From: Escherichia coli
Lineage (GTDB): Bacteria; Pseudomonadota; Gammaproteobacteria; Enterobacterales; Enterobacteriaceae
Reading direction: 5' to 3' (one strand)
Assembly (NCBI RefSeq): GCF_022846255.1
Contig: NZ_AP025682.1
Length of the DNA stretch: 64,000 nt
Part shown: piece after piece, positions 1-10,276 of the stretch
Layout of the letters: each line of letters opens with the position of its first letter
Numbering within the stretch: the stretch's first letter is position 1
Made by a program: the position numbers and the translations under genes
The notes under the pieces: generated by a model
What the model saw: the letters and a program-made list of their open reading frames with translations, nothing else
Told to the model about the DNA's origin: nothing
Databases searched by the model: none

Positions 1-893
1 GCAAACAACAGGGGTGGTATAAACAATAAGAGAAAAAGTTCAGGATTGAATTCCACATGCAGACCAAATATAGGCTGGGCCAGTACTGCACCAGCGGCAA
101 TCTGGATTAAAGGAAGTGGTATCTGGACAGGAGACAGACGTGTAAGCACGCTGGTTAATGATACTACCAACGTAAGAATTAAAATTGTTAAAAGTATTTC
201 CATATAATAAACAGGCTTCCTCATTCATAAATAATGGATATTATTAATTTAATTTCATAAAAAGCGCTCTGGTTAGCACTTAACGTTAATCATTAATCAC
301 TGCGTTCACTCACATGATCAGAAGGAACCCAGTAAAATAAGTTTTCAAGTTGATAACAAATTCACCATGTGAATATTTACTGCCTTTCCCCGTTGTAACG
401 AATCGTCCGTTACTCTCTGATTTCCTTGCCGAACAAGTTATTTAGTGAATGACGGCTTTCTTTTAATATCAGCATGAATTATACGTTCAGCAAATGTATT
501 AAATCAGCACTAAATAAATTTAATGGATACCACCATTCTGCGTCAACACTTAGTTTTTATCTGTATTGACAATTTAAAATGGCCGCAGCCAAATTAATGA
601 TTTTATTTTTAATAAATCATCAACAGAATAAGAGATCTTATCAGCGGTAACTAAACTCATCAGAGGGTGTTCCTTGTAACGTCATGCATTACATAACTTT
701 AAAATATACAATCAAAAAATGCATTAAAAACCGATTAAAAGCAGCAAAGTATTACCCGGTGCACGAATTTATGATACATCTGCAGCCATTCTGCTATTCG
801 CTGACTACTTTTCAGTAATGACTGCTTTTTCATAAGGTTTCACTCCCGACAACAATGTTGGAGTTTTATTTTCTTAGCATGGAGTAAGTAAAG

Positions 894-1865
894 ATGAGCA
901 AAATAATAGCGATGCTAATTACTGTCAGTACCTTTTTTTTACCGTCAATAATCCAGGCAAAACCTATTTCAATAAAAGTTGCCTATGAAAATAACCCTGG
1001 AGAACCCCTGGATGTAGTCATGCGTTACTGGGCAGACCTATTAAATAAAAAAAGTAATGGCGAAATAACACTTGCGCTCTATCCCAGCTCCCAATTGGGA
1101 TCAAAACAGGATGTCACCGAGCAAGCCATGATGGGCATGAATGTCATAACCTTGAGTGATGTGGCCTTTCTTGCCGATTATGAACCCGATTTGGGGATTT
1201 TGTTTGGACCGTATCTGACTGACGATCCGCAAAAACTGTTCAAAATATATGAAAGCGACTGGTTTAAACAAAAAAATGAAAGTCTGAAGAAAAAGGGAAT
1301 TCATGTGGTAATGAATAATTATCTCTATGGCACTCGACAGATTATTTCGAAAAAACCCATTCGCACCGTTGACGATCTCGCAGGTTTAAAAATTCGCGTT
1401 CCTAATAACGTCATGCAAATAAAAGCCATTCAGGCGATGGGGGCAACACCAACTCCCATGCCATTAGGCGAAGTTTATCCCGCATTAACCCAGGGCGTTA
1501 TTGACGGCGTAGAAAACCCAATTTCAGTGCTGCAAGGGCAAAAACTGTATGAGCAGGCAAGATATCTGACAATGGTTAACTACCTGACAAATACCTCAGT
1601 GTGGATAGGTGGTGAAGCCTTCTTTAGCACCCTTTCACCAGAACAACTGGAGATGATCCACCAGACCGGCTATGAAGCGGGTGTCTATAGCCAGAAACTC
1701 ACTCTTGAGCGTGATGCCGAAATGTTGAAAACCATGCAGGCAGCCGGCGTCGAAGTGATCTATCCCGATACTGGACCATTCCAGAAGAAAGCACGCGAAG
1801 TTTACTCTCAATTCCCGGAATGGACACCAGGTCTGTACGAAACCATTCAACAGCAACTGCAATAA
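894..1865 (+). CDS. TRAP transporter periplasmic substrate-binding protein (DctP family)
   Basis: 323 aa ORF with N-terminal signal-peptide-like segment; GGAG RBS upstream; followed by small and large TRAP permease genes in canonical P-Q-M order. Confidence 0.75.
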   Translation: MSKIIAMLITVSTFFLPSIIQAKPISIKVAYENNPGEPLDVVMRYWADLLNKKSNGEITLALYPSSQLGSKQDVTEQAMMGMNVITLSDVAFLADYEPDLGILFGPYLTDDPQKLFKIYESDWFKQKNESLKKKGIHVVMNNYLYGTRQIISKKPIRTVDDLAGLKIRVPNNVMQIKAIQAMGATPTPMPLGEVYPALTQGVIDGVENPISVLQGQKLYEQARYLTMVNYLTNTSVWIGGEAFFSTLSPEQLEMIHQTGYEAGVYSQKLTLERDAEMLKTMQAAGVEVIYPDTGPFQKKAREVYSQFPEWTPGLYETIQQQLQ

Positions 1866-1928
1866 GCATTAATGCTCAGCGTCCTGCCTCATCTCTCTTA
1901 GGCAGGACACGCACTAACAGGAGGTTTC

Positions 1929-2402
1929 ATGCGTCTTTTTGGCAAAGTGGCAGAATTTAGTGCTGCCTTTGCGCTATTCGTTCTGGTTGTGGTGACAATT
2001 GGAGCGGTATTTATGCGTTATTTCATCGGCCAACCGCTTCAATGGACAGAAGAAATGTCGGGAATGCTGATGATTTGGGTGGTGATGTTAGGTGGAGTGG
2101 TGGCGGAACGTGACAGGGCGCACCTGACCATTCCCTTCCTGATGGAGATGCTTCCAGGCAAACTCAGGCGTGTTATTGCAGTACTGGTCGCCCTTCTCTC
2201 CATCGCACTGCTGCTTTATATGGCCTGGCTGGGCTACCGACTAGCCGAAATGGCGCAGTTTAAAGTGACACAAATTCTGAAGGTTTCCTGGTTCTGGATC
2301 GATCTGGCGGTCCCTGTCGGCGCACTGGCAACGGCTATTTATACCCTCTACTGGTTAATAAACGATACAAAACAATCCGATAGCGGAGACAAAATGCAAT
2401 GA
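1929..2402 (+). CDS. TRAP transporter small permease (DctQ family)
   Basis: 157 aa hydrophobic protein with about 4 TM segments; AGGAGG RBS; stop overlaps start of downstream large permease. Confidence 0.7.
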   Translation: MRLFGKVAEFSAAFALFVLVVVTIGAVFMRYFIGQPLQWTEEMSGMLMIWVVMLGGVVAERDRAHLTIPFLMEMLPGKLRRVIAVLVALLSIALLLYMAWLGYRLAEMAQFKVTQILKVSWFWIDLAVPVGALATAIYTLYWLINDTKQSDSGDKMQ

Positions 2403-3670
2403 GTTGGTTATTGATTATTCCGCTAATGATCGTCTGTTTGTTTCTCAACATTCGGGTCTATCTGGCGATGTTTATTGGCATCATCGCTTACTTTTTATTC
2501 TTCTCCAGCGTACCGATTGAAATTGCCGTGCAAAGACTAATCGCGCCAACGCAAAGCCCATCATTGCTGGCCATTCCGTTTTTTATCTTGCTAGGCACAC
2601 TAATGAGCTACACCGGCATTGCCGAACGCATCCTGCACATTGCCAACGTTCTGGTGGGGAAAATGCGCGGCGGACTGGGCGTGGCAAACATTCTCGTCAG
2701 CACCATGATGGGCGGCGTCAGCGCCTCTAACCTTGCTGACGCGGCGATGCTGTCGCGCATGATGGTGCCGGAGATGGAGCGTAAAGGCTACAATCGCGCG
2801 TTTGCCGCCGCCATTACCGCTGGTGGCTCGTTAGTCACCCCGATCATACCGCCTGGAATAGCCCTGATTATTTACGGTCTGGTTGCCGACGTCTCTATCG
2901 GAAAAATGTTTATCGCCGGACTGGTACCTGGTTTGCTATGCGCAGTCGTACTGATGTTTACCGTCTACCTTGTCGCCCGCAAAACTAACGCTAAACCCTC
3001 GCGTGAAAGCTGGCCTACGGGCAAAGAGGTGGTGTTCTCGCTGGGACAGGCCTGGCCTGCGCTGTTCCTCATTTTTGCTGTGGTGGGTGGTATTCGCGCT
3101 AACATTTTCACCCCAACAGAAGCAGGTGCAGTAGCGGTGCTAATCGTGCTGGCGATTGGCTTTTTTATCTATCGTGAAATGCGGATTTCTCATGTCGTCA
3201 AAGCATTGGGCGAAACGGCACGCGCAACCGCATCGGTGATGCTGGTAATCATGGCCAGCGCCGCATTGGGATGGATTTTCTCAATGGAACATGCTGGTGT
3301 CGCAGTGGCGAATTTTGTGACTTCGCTGACCGAAAACAAATACATGTTCCTGTTGATTATCAACATATTGCTGCTGACGCTGGGGATGTTTCTGGAAGGA
3401 AACGCCATTTTGCTGATCCTGGTACCACTATTAAAACCGGTGGTCGAACACTTTGGCATCGATCCGGTGCATTTTGGCATCATCATGATCTTCAACCTGT
3501 CGATTGGCGCATTCACGCCACCGGTAGGTACCGTGATGCTGCTGGTATGTAATATCACGCAAGTTTCGGTGGGAAATTTCTTTAAACAATCCCTGCCCCT
3601 ACTGGCGGCTCTACTGTTAATGCTAATGCTGGTGACATATATCCCGGCGATTTCACTGTTCCTGGTTTAA
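2399..3670 (+). CDS. TRAP transporter large permease (DctM family)
   Basis: 423 aa polytopic membrane protein; ATGA start/stop overlap with DctQ-like gene indicates translational coupling. Confidence 0.8.
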   Translation: MSWLLIIPLMIVCLFLNIRVYLAMFIGIIAYFLFFSSVPIEIAVQRLIAPTQSPSLLAIPFFILLGTLMSYTGIAERILHIANVLVGKMRGGLGVANILVSTMMGGVSASNLADAAMLSRMMVPEMERKGYNRAFAAAITAGGSLVTPIIPPGIALIIYGLVADVSIGKMFIAGLVPGLLCAVVLMFTVYLVARKTNAKPSRESWPTGKEVVFSLGQAWPALFLIFAVVGGIRANIFTPTEAGAVAVLIVLAIGFFIYREMRISHVVKALGETARATASVMLVIMASAALGWIFSMEHAGVAVANFVTSLTENKYMFLLIINILLLTLGMFLEGNAILLILVPLLKPVVEHFGIDPVHFGIIMIFNLSIGAFTPPVGTVMLLVCNITQVSVGNFFKQSLPLLAALLLMLMLVTYIPAISLFLV

Positions 3671-3680
3671 TAATAAAAAC

Positions 3681-3703
3681 GCCGGATGAAATACTCATCC
3701 GGC
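3681..3703. terminator. Stem-loop between convergent dctM-like and tsr genes (GCCGGATGA / TCATCCGGC, 9-bp stem)
   Basis: Perfect 9-bp inverted repeat with 5-nt loop sitting between two convergent stop codons; flanks only moderately A/T rich. Confidence 0.45.
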
Positions 3704-3712
3704 ATCATTACG

Positions 3713-5377
3713 TTAAAACGTTTCCCAGTTCTCCTCGCTATCTGCCACGGCCATTTTGCGCGGCGTAGCTGGCGTCACGGTTTTTACCACAGCCGATGCT
3801 TCACGCTGCTGTTGCTGCTGTTGCTGAATCCGGAACACTGCCACTGCTTCGGTCAGGCGACTGGCCTGCTCTTCCAGCGCGGCGGCGGCGGCGGCAGATT
3901 CTTCCACCAGCGCGGCGTTCTGTTGAGTTACCCGGTCCATCTCAGCAACCGCTAAGCCAACCTGATCGATACCACGGCTCTGCTCATCAGAAGCAGAAGC
4001 AATTTCGCCCATAATGTCCGTCACGCGGGTCACGGCACTGACAATCTCCGCCATTGTTTCCCCTGCGCTTTCGACCAGCGTAGAGCCAACATCTACTTTC
4101 CCCACCGAGTCTTCAATCAGGCTTTTAATTTCACGAGCCGCCTGAGCGCTGCGCTGGGCCAGATTACGCACTTCACCCGCGACCACCGCAAAACCGCGCC
4201 CTTGCTCACCCGCGCGCGCTGCTTCAACCGCCGCGTTCAAAGCCAGAATATTGGTCTGGAAGGCAATGCCGTCAATTACGCTGATAATATCGGCGATTTT
4301 CTGCGAACTGGTGGAGATATCGCGCATAGTCTGCACCACGTTATCTACCACTTTGCCGCCGCGTTGCGCCGTTTCAGAAGCACTTAACGCCAGGTGGCTG
4401 GCCTGGCGCGCATTTTCGGCGTTCTGCTTCACCGTTGCGGTCAGTTGCTCCATGCTGGCTGCCGTCTCTTCCAGCGAAGCGGCCTGTTGCTCGGTGCGCG
4501 AAGAGAGATCGTTATTGCCGGTAGCGATTTCGCTGGCACCGCTATAGATGGCATTGGCCCCGTTGCGCACATCACCGACGGTACGCATCAGCTCTCCCTG
4601 CATATGGCGCAAACTCTCAGCCAGTTGCCCCATCTCATTAGAGCCATCCACCTCAATCGGTTTCACCAGATCGCCGCCTGCAATATGACGAATGCTGTCA
4701 ATCAGGCGATTCATTGGCGCTACCAACGAGGCTTTAATACCGAACCAGACGGCGAAGATGACCGCCAGTACGACGATCATCACGCCCACCAGAATCCACA
4801 TCGCCTGGCTGTAGGAGGCATTGTTATCGCTGACGGCGATATCATAGAGCCGATCGTTTTGCTCCATGTAAGCCACATACTGCTTCTCGAAACCGTCCTG
4901 ATATCCCTGGGTCGGCTGATCAAAGAACTCGTTGATTTTGCCTGCACCTAACAGTTGGATCAGCTCCGCCAGCGCATTGTGATAAATATCGTAATTACGT
5001 TTGATCTCTGCCGCTGCGGCGGTGCTCTGACGCGGGTCACGCGGCAACGCTTCGTAATCCGCCCAGTTTTTTTCCGCCTGTTTCAGCGAAATACTGGCAC
5101 TCTGCATCAGCTCAGCAACGGTTGAACCGCTACCAATATTATTCTGATCCATCATGTAGCGGATACCCGCGCGGTTGAGGGTGTTACGCGTCTGCAACAA
5201 CGCGACCCAGCTGCCATTCAGCGTGGATTGCTGCTGGCGAATGGTTTGTAAAACAGTGAAATTTTCTTTGTCATTCTTTAAGGCATTAAAGAACAGACCG
5301 CCTGATGTCAGTTGTAAAAGGCCAAAAACGGCCAAAACCAGCAGTAAGCTGGTCACGATCTTGATACGTTTTAACAT
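3713..5377 (-). CDS. tsr: Methyl-accepting chemotaxis protein I (serine chemoreceptor)
   Basis: 554 aa; matches recalled Tsr sequence essentially throughout, including 2 TM segments, HAMP, methylation helices and C-terminal NWETF pentapeptide. Confidence 0.95.
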   Translation of the reverse strand: MLKRIKIVTSLLLVLAVFGLLQLTSGGLFFNALKNDKENFTVLQTIRQQQSTLNGSWVALLQTRNTLNRAGIRYMMDQNNIGSGSTVAELMQSASISLKQAEKNWADYEALPRDPRQSTAAAAEIKRNYDIYHNALAELIQLLGAGKINEFFDQPTQGYQDGFEKQYVAYMEQNDRLYDIAVSDNNASYSQAMWILVGVMIVVLAVIFAVWFGIKASLVAPMNRLIDSIRHIAGGDLVKPIEVDGSNEMGQLAESLRHMQGELMRTVGDVRNGANAIYSGASEIATGNNDLSSRTEQQAASLEETAASMEQLTATVKQNAENARQASHLALSASETAQRGGKVVDNVVQTMRDISTSSQKIADIISVIDGIAFQTNILALNAAVEAARAGEQGRGFAVVAGEVRNLAQRSAQAAREIKSLIEDSVGKVDVGSTLVESAGETMAEIVSAVTRVTDIMGEIASASDEQSRGIDQVGLAVAEMDRVTQQNAALVEESAAAAAALEEQASRLTEAVAVFRIQQQQQQQREASAVVKTVTPATPRKMAVADSEENWETF

Positions 5378-5407
5378 GGTTTCTCTTTCCTGTGGACCGA
5401 TGCAAGA

Positions 5408-5434
5408 TTTTCGGCCTGGAAAGGAAAAACTTTA
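5408..5434 (-). promoter_or_regulatory. Candidate sigma-28 (FliA) promoter for tsr
   Basis: Minus-strand reads TAAAGTTT-N11-GCCGAAAA, close to the FliA consensus TAAAGTTT-N11-GCCGATAA, about 30 bp upstream of the tsr ATG; tsr is a class III flagellar-regulon gene. Confidence 0.55.
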
Positions 5435-5495
5435 TGAAAAGGTGTAACCCGCCATCCATGGAAAAACCAGGCGCTGGTTATCAGATATTAAAAAG

Positions 5496-5942
5496 TTATT
5501 CATTATCGCCCGGAATGTCTTCTTGTCGGGAATTACCCAGAGCAATAAATTCCTCTAACAGATGGGTTAACTGTTGCATTTTCTCGGCAGTAAACTGAGC
5601 TTCAATCTGCCGATAGGCTTCTTCAATCTGTGTCTGAGCGCGGTTATACAGGGCCTGCCCCTCTTTGGTCAGCGAGATATAGAGCTTCCGCTGATCATTG
5701 ATCGGCTTTAATCGCAACACTAAACCGTCGCGTTCCATCCTCGTGAGGATCCCGGTCAGGCTTGGGCGCAAAATGCAGGCGCGATACGCCAGATCGTGAA
5801 AATCCATTGATGGGCTTTCCGCCAGAATACGCACGATGCGCCACTGTTGCTCAGTCAAATTATGCCGTTTAACGATTGGGCGAAAATAACTCATCGCCGC
5901 TTCTCGCGCCTGGAGCAACGCAATGGTTAGTGAGTCGTGCAT
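5496..5942 (-). CDS. hpaR: MarR-family repressor of the hpa meta-cleavage operon
   Basis: About 148 aa from internal Met MHDSLTIALLQ of the ORF; MarR-like winged helix; divergent from hpaG as in the E. coli W/B/C hpa cluster. Confidence 0.8.
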   Translation of the reverse strand: MHDSLTIALLQAREAAMSYFRPIVKRHNLTEQQWRIVRILAESPSMDFHDLAYRACILRPSLTGILTRMERDGLVLRLKPINDQRKLYISLTKEGQALYNRAQTQIEEAYRQIEAQFTAEKMQQLTHLLEEFIALGNSRQEDIPGDNE

Positions 5943-6091
5943 TATCTTTCCCCTGAAAAATTCAAAATCATTAATATAGAAACAGTTAATCGTCACGTTA
6001 CCGGGACTGAGCTATCCCCGCAATTCCTCATTTTATCAAAATTGAGCATACTTTATTAACTTACTGATATTTAGTATTTTATTACCTGCAA

Positions 6092-6126
6092 ATGTAAATA
6101 GTTTGTTAATTAGATCACATTTACAT
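6092..6126. promoter_or_regulatory. Inverted repeat ATGTAAAT...ATTTACAT in hpaR-hpaG divergent promoter region (candidate HpaR operator)
   Basis: 8-bp arms in inverted orientation separated by about 19 bp inside the AT-rich intergenic region between divergent hpaR and hpaG. Confidence 0.3.
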
Positions 6127-6213
6127 CACTTACTTTTGCCAAACTACGCAATCGGGAATAAAAGTAATCATTAACATATTAATGATTAAAATGATCGAAT
6201 CCGAGGAGTGGTA

Positions 6214-7503
6214 ATGAAAGGCACTATCTTCGCCGTAGCGTTGAACCATCGCAGCCAGCTTGATGCATGGCAGGAAGCGTTCCAGCAATCCCCCTACAAA
6301 GCCCCGCCTAAAACTGCGGTCTGGTTTATTAAACCGCGCAATACGGTGATTGGTTGCGGTGAACCGATTCCCTTTCCACAGGGTGAAAAGGTACTGAGCG
6401 GTGCGACAGTTGCGCTGATTGTGGGAAAAACGGCGACGAAAGTACGTGAAGAAGATGCGGCAGAGTACATCGCCGGATATGCGCTGGCTAACGACGTCAG
6501 CCTGCCGGAAGAGAGCTTTTACCGCCCGGCAATCAAAGCAAAATGTCGTGATGGATTCTGCCCCATTGGCGAAACCGTGGCTCTCAGCAATGTCGATAAT
6601 CTGACCATCTATACCGAGATCAACGGGCGTCCTGCCGATCACTGGAACACCGCCGATTTACAACGTAATGCCGCGCAGTTGCTGAGCGCCCTGAGCGAAT
6701 TTGCCACGCTGAATCCAGGCGATGCCATTCTGCTCGGCACGCCACAGGCGCGCGTGGAAATACAGCCAGGCGATCGCGTTCGTGTTCTCGCAGAAGGTTT
6801 CCCGCCACTGGAAAATCCGGTAGTGGACGAACGTGAAGTGACCACGCGCAAGAGCTTCCCAACGCAGCCACACCCGCACGGCACGCTGTTTGCCCTCGGC
6901 CTGAACTACGCCGACCACGCCAGCGAACTGGAATTTAAGCCACCGGAAGAACCGCTGGTGTTCCTGAAAGCGCCGAATACCCTCACGGGCGATAACCAGA
7001 CCTCCGTGCGCCCGAACAATATTGAATACATGCACTACGAAGCGGAGCTGGTGGTAGTTATTGGCAAGCAGGCGCGTAACGTCAGCGAAGCCGATGCCAT
7101 GGATTATGTCGCGGGCTACACCGTGTGTAACGACTACGCCATTCGCGACTATCTGGAAAACTACTACCGCCCTAACCTGCGGGTAAAAAGCCGCGACGGA
7201 CTGACGCCGATGCTTTTAACCATCGTGCCGAAAGAGGCGATCCCGGACCCGCATAATCTGACCCTTCGCACCTTCGTCAACGGCGAGTTACGCCAGCAAG
7301 GCACCACCGCCGATCTGAACTTCAGCGTGCCCTTCCTGATCGCCTACTTAAGCGAATTTATGACCCTGAATCCGGGCGACATGATCGCCACCGGCACACC
7401 AAAAGGCTTATCTGACGTGGTGCCTGGCGATGAAGTAGTGGTGGAAGTCGAAGGCGTGGGCCGCCTGGTGAACCGAATTGTGAGTGAGGAAACAGCGAAA
7501 TGA
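6214..7503 (+). CDS. hpaG: Bifunctional 5-oxopent-3-ene-1,2,5-tricarboxylate decarboxylase / 2-hydroxyhepta-2,4-diene-1,7-dioate isomerase (tandem FAH domains)
   Basis: About 429 aa from ATG at 6214 preceded by GAGGAG RBS; two tandem FAH-like halves; first gene of hpaGEDFHI order. Confidence 0.85.
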   Translation: MKGTIFAVALNHRSQLDAWQEAFQQSPYKAPPKTAVWFIKPRNTVIGCGEPIPFPQGEKVLSGATVALIVGKTATKVREEDAAEYIAGYALANDVSLPEESFYRPAIKAKCRDGFCPIGETVALSNVDNLTIYTEINGRPADHWNTADLQRNAAQLLSALSEFATLNPGDAILLGTPQARVEIQPGDRVRVLAEGFPPLENPVVDEREVTTRKSFPTQPHPHGTLFALGLNYADHASELEFKPPEEPLVFLKAPNTLTGDNQTSVRPNNIEYMHYEAELVVVIGKQARNVSEADAMDYVAGYTVCNDYAIRDYLENYYRPNLRVKSRDGLTPMLLTIVPKEAIPDPHNLTLRTFVNGELRQQGTTADLNFSVPFLIAYLSEFMTLNPGDMIATGTPKGLSDVVPGDEVVVEVEGVGRLVNRIVSEETAK

Positions 7504-8966
7504 AAAAAGTAAATCATTGGATCAACGGCAAAAATGTTGCAGGTAACGACTACTTCCAGACTACCAATCCGGCAACGGGTGAAGTGCTGGCGGATGTGGC
7601 CTCTGGCGGTGAAGCGGAGATCAATCAGGCGGTAGCGGCAGCGAAAGAGGCGTTCCCGAAATGGGCCAATCTGCCGATGAAAGAGCGTGCGCGCCTGATG
7701 CGCCGTCTGGGCGATTTGATCGACCAGAACGTGCCTGAGATCGCCGCGATGGAAACCGCGGACACGGGCCTGCCGATCCATCAGACCAAAAATGTGTTGA
7801 TCCCACGCGCTTCTCACAACTTTGAATTTTTCGCGGAAGTCTGCCAGCAGATGAACGGCAAGACCTATCCGGTTGACGACAAGATGCTCAACTACACGCT
7901 GGTGCAACCGGTAGGCGTTTGTGCGCTGGTGTCACCGTGGAACGTGCCGTTTATGACCGCCACATGGAAGGTCGCGCCGTGTCTTGCGCTGGGCAATACC
8001 GCGGTGCTGAAGATGTCGGAACTCTCCCCGCTGACCGCTGACCGCCTGGGTGAGCTGGCGCTGGAAGCCGGTATTCCGGCAGGCGTGCTGAACGTGGTAC
8101 AGGGCTACGGCGCAACCGCAGGGGATGCGCTGGTTCGTCATCATGACGTACGTGCCGTGTCGTTCACCGGCGGTACGGCCACCGGGCGCAACATCATGAA
8201 AAAAGCCGGGCTGAAAAAATACTCCATGGAACTGGGCGGTAAATCGCCGGTGCTGATTTTTGAAGATGCTGATATTGAACGCGCGCTGGACGCCGCCCTG
8301 TTCACCATCTTCTCGATCAACGGCGAGCGCTGCACCGCCGGTTCGCGCATCTTTATTCAGCAAAGCATCTACCCGGAATTCGTTAAACGCTTTGCCGAAC
8401 GCGCCAACCGTCTGCGCGTGGGCGATCCGAATGATCCGAATACCCAGGTTGGGGCGCTTATCAGCCAGCAACACTGGGAAAAAGTCTCCGGCTATATCCG
8501 TCTCGGCATTGAAGAAGGCGCAACCCTGCTGGCGGGCGGTCCGGATAAACCGTCCGACCTGCCTGCGCACCTGAAAGGCGGCAACTTCCTGCGCCCAACG
8601 GTGCTGGCTGACGTTGATAACCGTATGCGCGTCGCCCAGGAAGAGATTTTCGGGCCGGTCGCCTGCCTGCTGCCGTTTAAAGATGAAGCCGAAGGCTTAC
8701 GCCTGGCAAACGACGTGGAGTACGGCCTCGCGTCGTACATCTGGACGCAGGATGTCAGCAAAGTGTTACGCCTGGCGCGTGGCATTGAAGCAGGCATGGT
8801 GTTCGTCAACACCCAGAACGTGCGCGACCTGCGCCAGCCGTTTGGCGGCGTAAAAGCCTCCGGCACCGGGCGTGAAGGCGGTGAGTACAGCTTCGAAGTG
8901 TTCGCGGAAATGAAGAACGTCTGCATTTCCATGGGCGACCATCCAATTCCGAAATGGGGAGTCTGA
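7500..8966 (+). CDS. hpaE: 5-carboxymethyl-2-hydroxymuconate semialdehyde dehydrogenase (aldehyde dehydrogenase family)
   Basis: 488 aa; aldehyde dehydrogenase hallmarks (ELGGKSP, cysteine active-site region); ATGA overlap with hpaG. Confidence 0.9.
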   Translation: MKKVNHWINGKNVAGNDYFQTTNPATGEVLADVASGGEAEINQAVAAAKEAFPKWANLPMKERARLMRRLGDLIDQNVPEIAAMETADTGLPIHQTKNVLIPRASHNFEFFAEVCQQMNGKTYPVDDKMLNYTLVQPVGVCALVSPWNVPFMTATWKVAPCLALGNTAVLKMSELSPLTADRLGELALEAGIPAGVLNVVQGYGATAGDALVRHHDVRAVSFTGGTATGRNIMKKAGLKKYSMELGGKSPVLIFEDADIERALDAALFTIFSINGERCTAGSRIFIQQSIYPEFVKRFAERANRLRVGDPNDPNTQVGALISQQHWEKVSGYIRLGIEEGATLLAGGPDKPSDLPAHLKGGNFLRPTVLADVDNRMRVAQEEIFGPVACLLPFKDEAEGLRLANDVEYGLASYIWTQDVSKVLRLARGIEAGMVFVNTQNVRDLRQPFGGVKASGTGREGGEYSFEVFAEMKNVCISMGDHPIPKWGV

Positions 8967-8967
8967 T

Positions 8968-9819
8968 ATGGGTAAGTTAGCGTTAGCCGCCAAGATCACG
9001 CACGTACCGTCGATGTATCTCTCTGAACTGCCAGGGAAAAACCACGGTTGCCGCCAGGGCGCGATCGACGGGCATAAAGAGATCAGCAAGCGTTGCCGGG
9101 AAATGGGCGTCGATACCATTATCGTTTTCGATACTCACTGGCTGGTCAACAGTGCTTATCACATCAACTGTGCAGACCATTTTGAAGGCGTCTACACCAG
9201 CAACGAGCTGCCGCATTTTATTCGTGACATGACCTACAACTACGAGGGCAACCCGGAGTTGGGGCAGCTAATTGCCGATGAAGCGATAAAACTCGGCGTG
9301 CGGGCGAAAGCGCACAACATTCCCAGCCTGAAACTGGAATACGGCACGCTGGTGCCAATGCGCTACATGAATGAAGACAAGCACTTCAAAGTGGTTTCCA
9401 TTTCGGCTTTCTGCACGGTTCACGATTTTGCCGACAGCCGCAAGCTGGGCGAAGCGATTCTGAAAGCGATCGAACAGTACGACGGCACCGTGGCGGTCCT
9501 TGCCAGCGGTTCGTTATCGCACCGCTTTATTGACGATCAGCGTGCGGAAGAAGGGATGAACAGCTACACCCGCGAGTTCGACCGCCAGATGGACGAGCGC
9601 GTGGTGAAGCTGTGGCGCGAAGGCCAGTTCAAAGAGTTCTGCAATATGCTGCCGGAGTACGCCGACTACTGCTACGGCGAAGGCAATATGCACGACACGG
9701 TGATGCTGCTGGGGATGCTCGGCTGGGATAAATACGACGGCAAGGTGGAGTTTATCACCGAGCTGTTCCCAAGCTCCGGTACTGGTCAGGTTAACGCTGT
9801 TTTCCCGCTTCCCGCGTAA
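8968..9819 (+). CDS. hpaD: 3,4-dihydroxyphenylacetate 2,3-dioxygenase (extradiol dioxygenase)
   Basis: 283 aa; position and size match hpaD in the hpa meta-cleavage operon. Confidence 0.85.
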   Translation: MGKLALAAKITHVPSMYLSELPGKNHGCRQGAIDGHKEISKRCREMGVDTIIVFDTHWLVNSAYHINCADHFEGVYTSNELPHFIRDMTYNYEGNPELGQLIADEAIKLGVRAKAHNIPSLKLEYGTLVPMRYMNEDKHFKVVSISAFCTVHDFADSRKLGEAILKAIEQYDGTVAVLASGSLSHRFIDDQRAEEGMNSYTREFDRQMDERVVKLWREGQFKEFCNMLPEYADYCYGEGNMHDTVMLLGMLGWDKYDGKVEFITELFPSSGTGQVNAVFPLPA

Positions 9820-9828
9820 GGAACCACC

Positions 9829-10209
9829 ATGCCGCACTTTATCGTGGAATGTACTGAAAATATTCGTCAAGAAGCCCGCTTACCTGAGCTGTTTGCCAGT
9901 GTTAACACCGCACTGGCAGCGACGGGGATTTTTCCGCTTGGGGGAATACGTAGCCGGGCACACTGGATCGATACCTGGCAAATGGCTGATGGCAAGCACG
10001 ATTACGCCTTTGTGCATATGACGCTAAAAATCGGCAGCGGGCGCAGTCTGGAAAGCCGTCAGGAAGTGGGCGAAATGCTGTTTGATCTGATTAAAACGCA
10101 CTTCGCCTCACTGATGGAGAGCCGTTACCTGGCGCTTTCATTTGAGATTGCAGAGCTGCACCCGACGTTGAATTTCAAACAGAACAACGTACACGCGTTG
10201 TTTAAATAA
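9829..10209 (+). CDS. hpaF: 5-carboxymethyl-2-hydroxymuconate isomerase
   Basis: 126 aa starting [12 protein letters not shown]; size and operon position consistent with HpaF. Confidence 0.85.
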   Translation: MPHFIVECTENIRQEARLPELFASVNTALAATGIFPLGGIRSRAHWIDTWQMADGKHDYAFVHMTLKIGSGRSLESRQEVGEMLFDLIKTHFASLMESRYLALSFEIAELHPTLNFKQNNVHALFK

Positions 10210-10227
10210 ATTTGCACCAGCTTCCAG

Positions 10228-10257
10228 GCCGGATGATAAGGCGCAGCCGCATCCGGC
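10228..10257. repeat. REP-like palindrome (GCCGGATG...CATCCGGC) between hpaF and hpaH
   Basis: Inverted repeat of GCCGGATG arms resembling enterobacterial REP elements. Confidence 0.4.
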
Positions 10258-10276
10258 AATGCCACAGGATATCGCT

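Noticed and set aside
40-228. 62-aa minus-strand ORF at the left window edge
   Set aside because: No RBS upstream of the ATG, no recognisable domain, and the plus strand of the same interval may encode the 3' end of a gene that starts outside the window; cannot be supported from sequence alone.
3686-4951. Several plus-strand ORFs (89-185 aa) overlapping tsr
   Set aside because: Antisense frames of the alanine/glutamine-rich tsr coding sequence; no RBS, no domain signatures.
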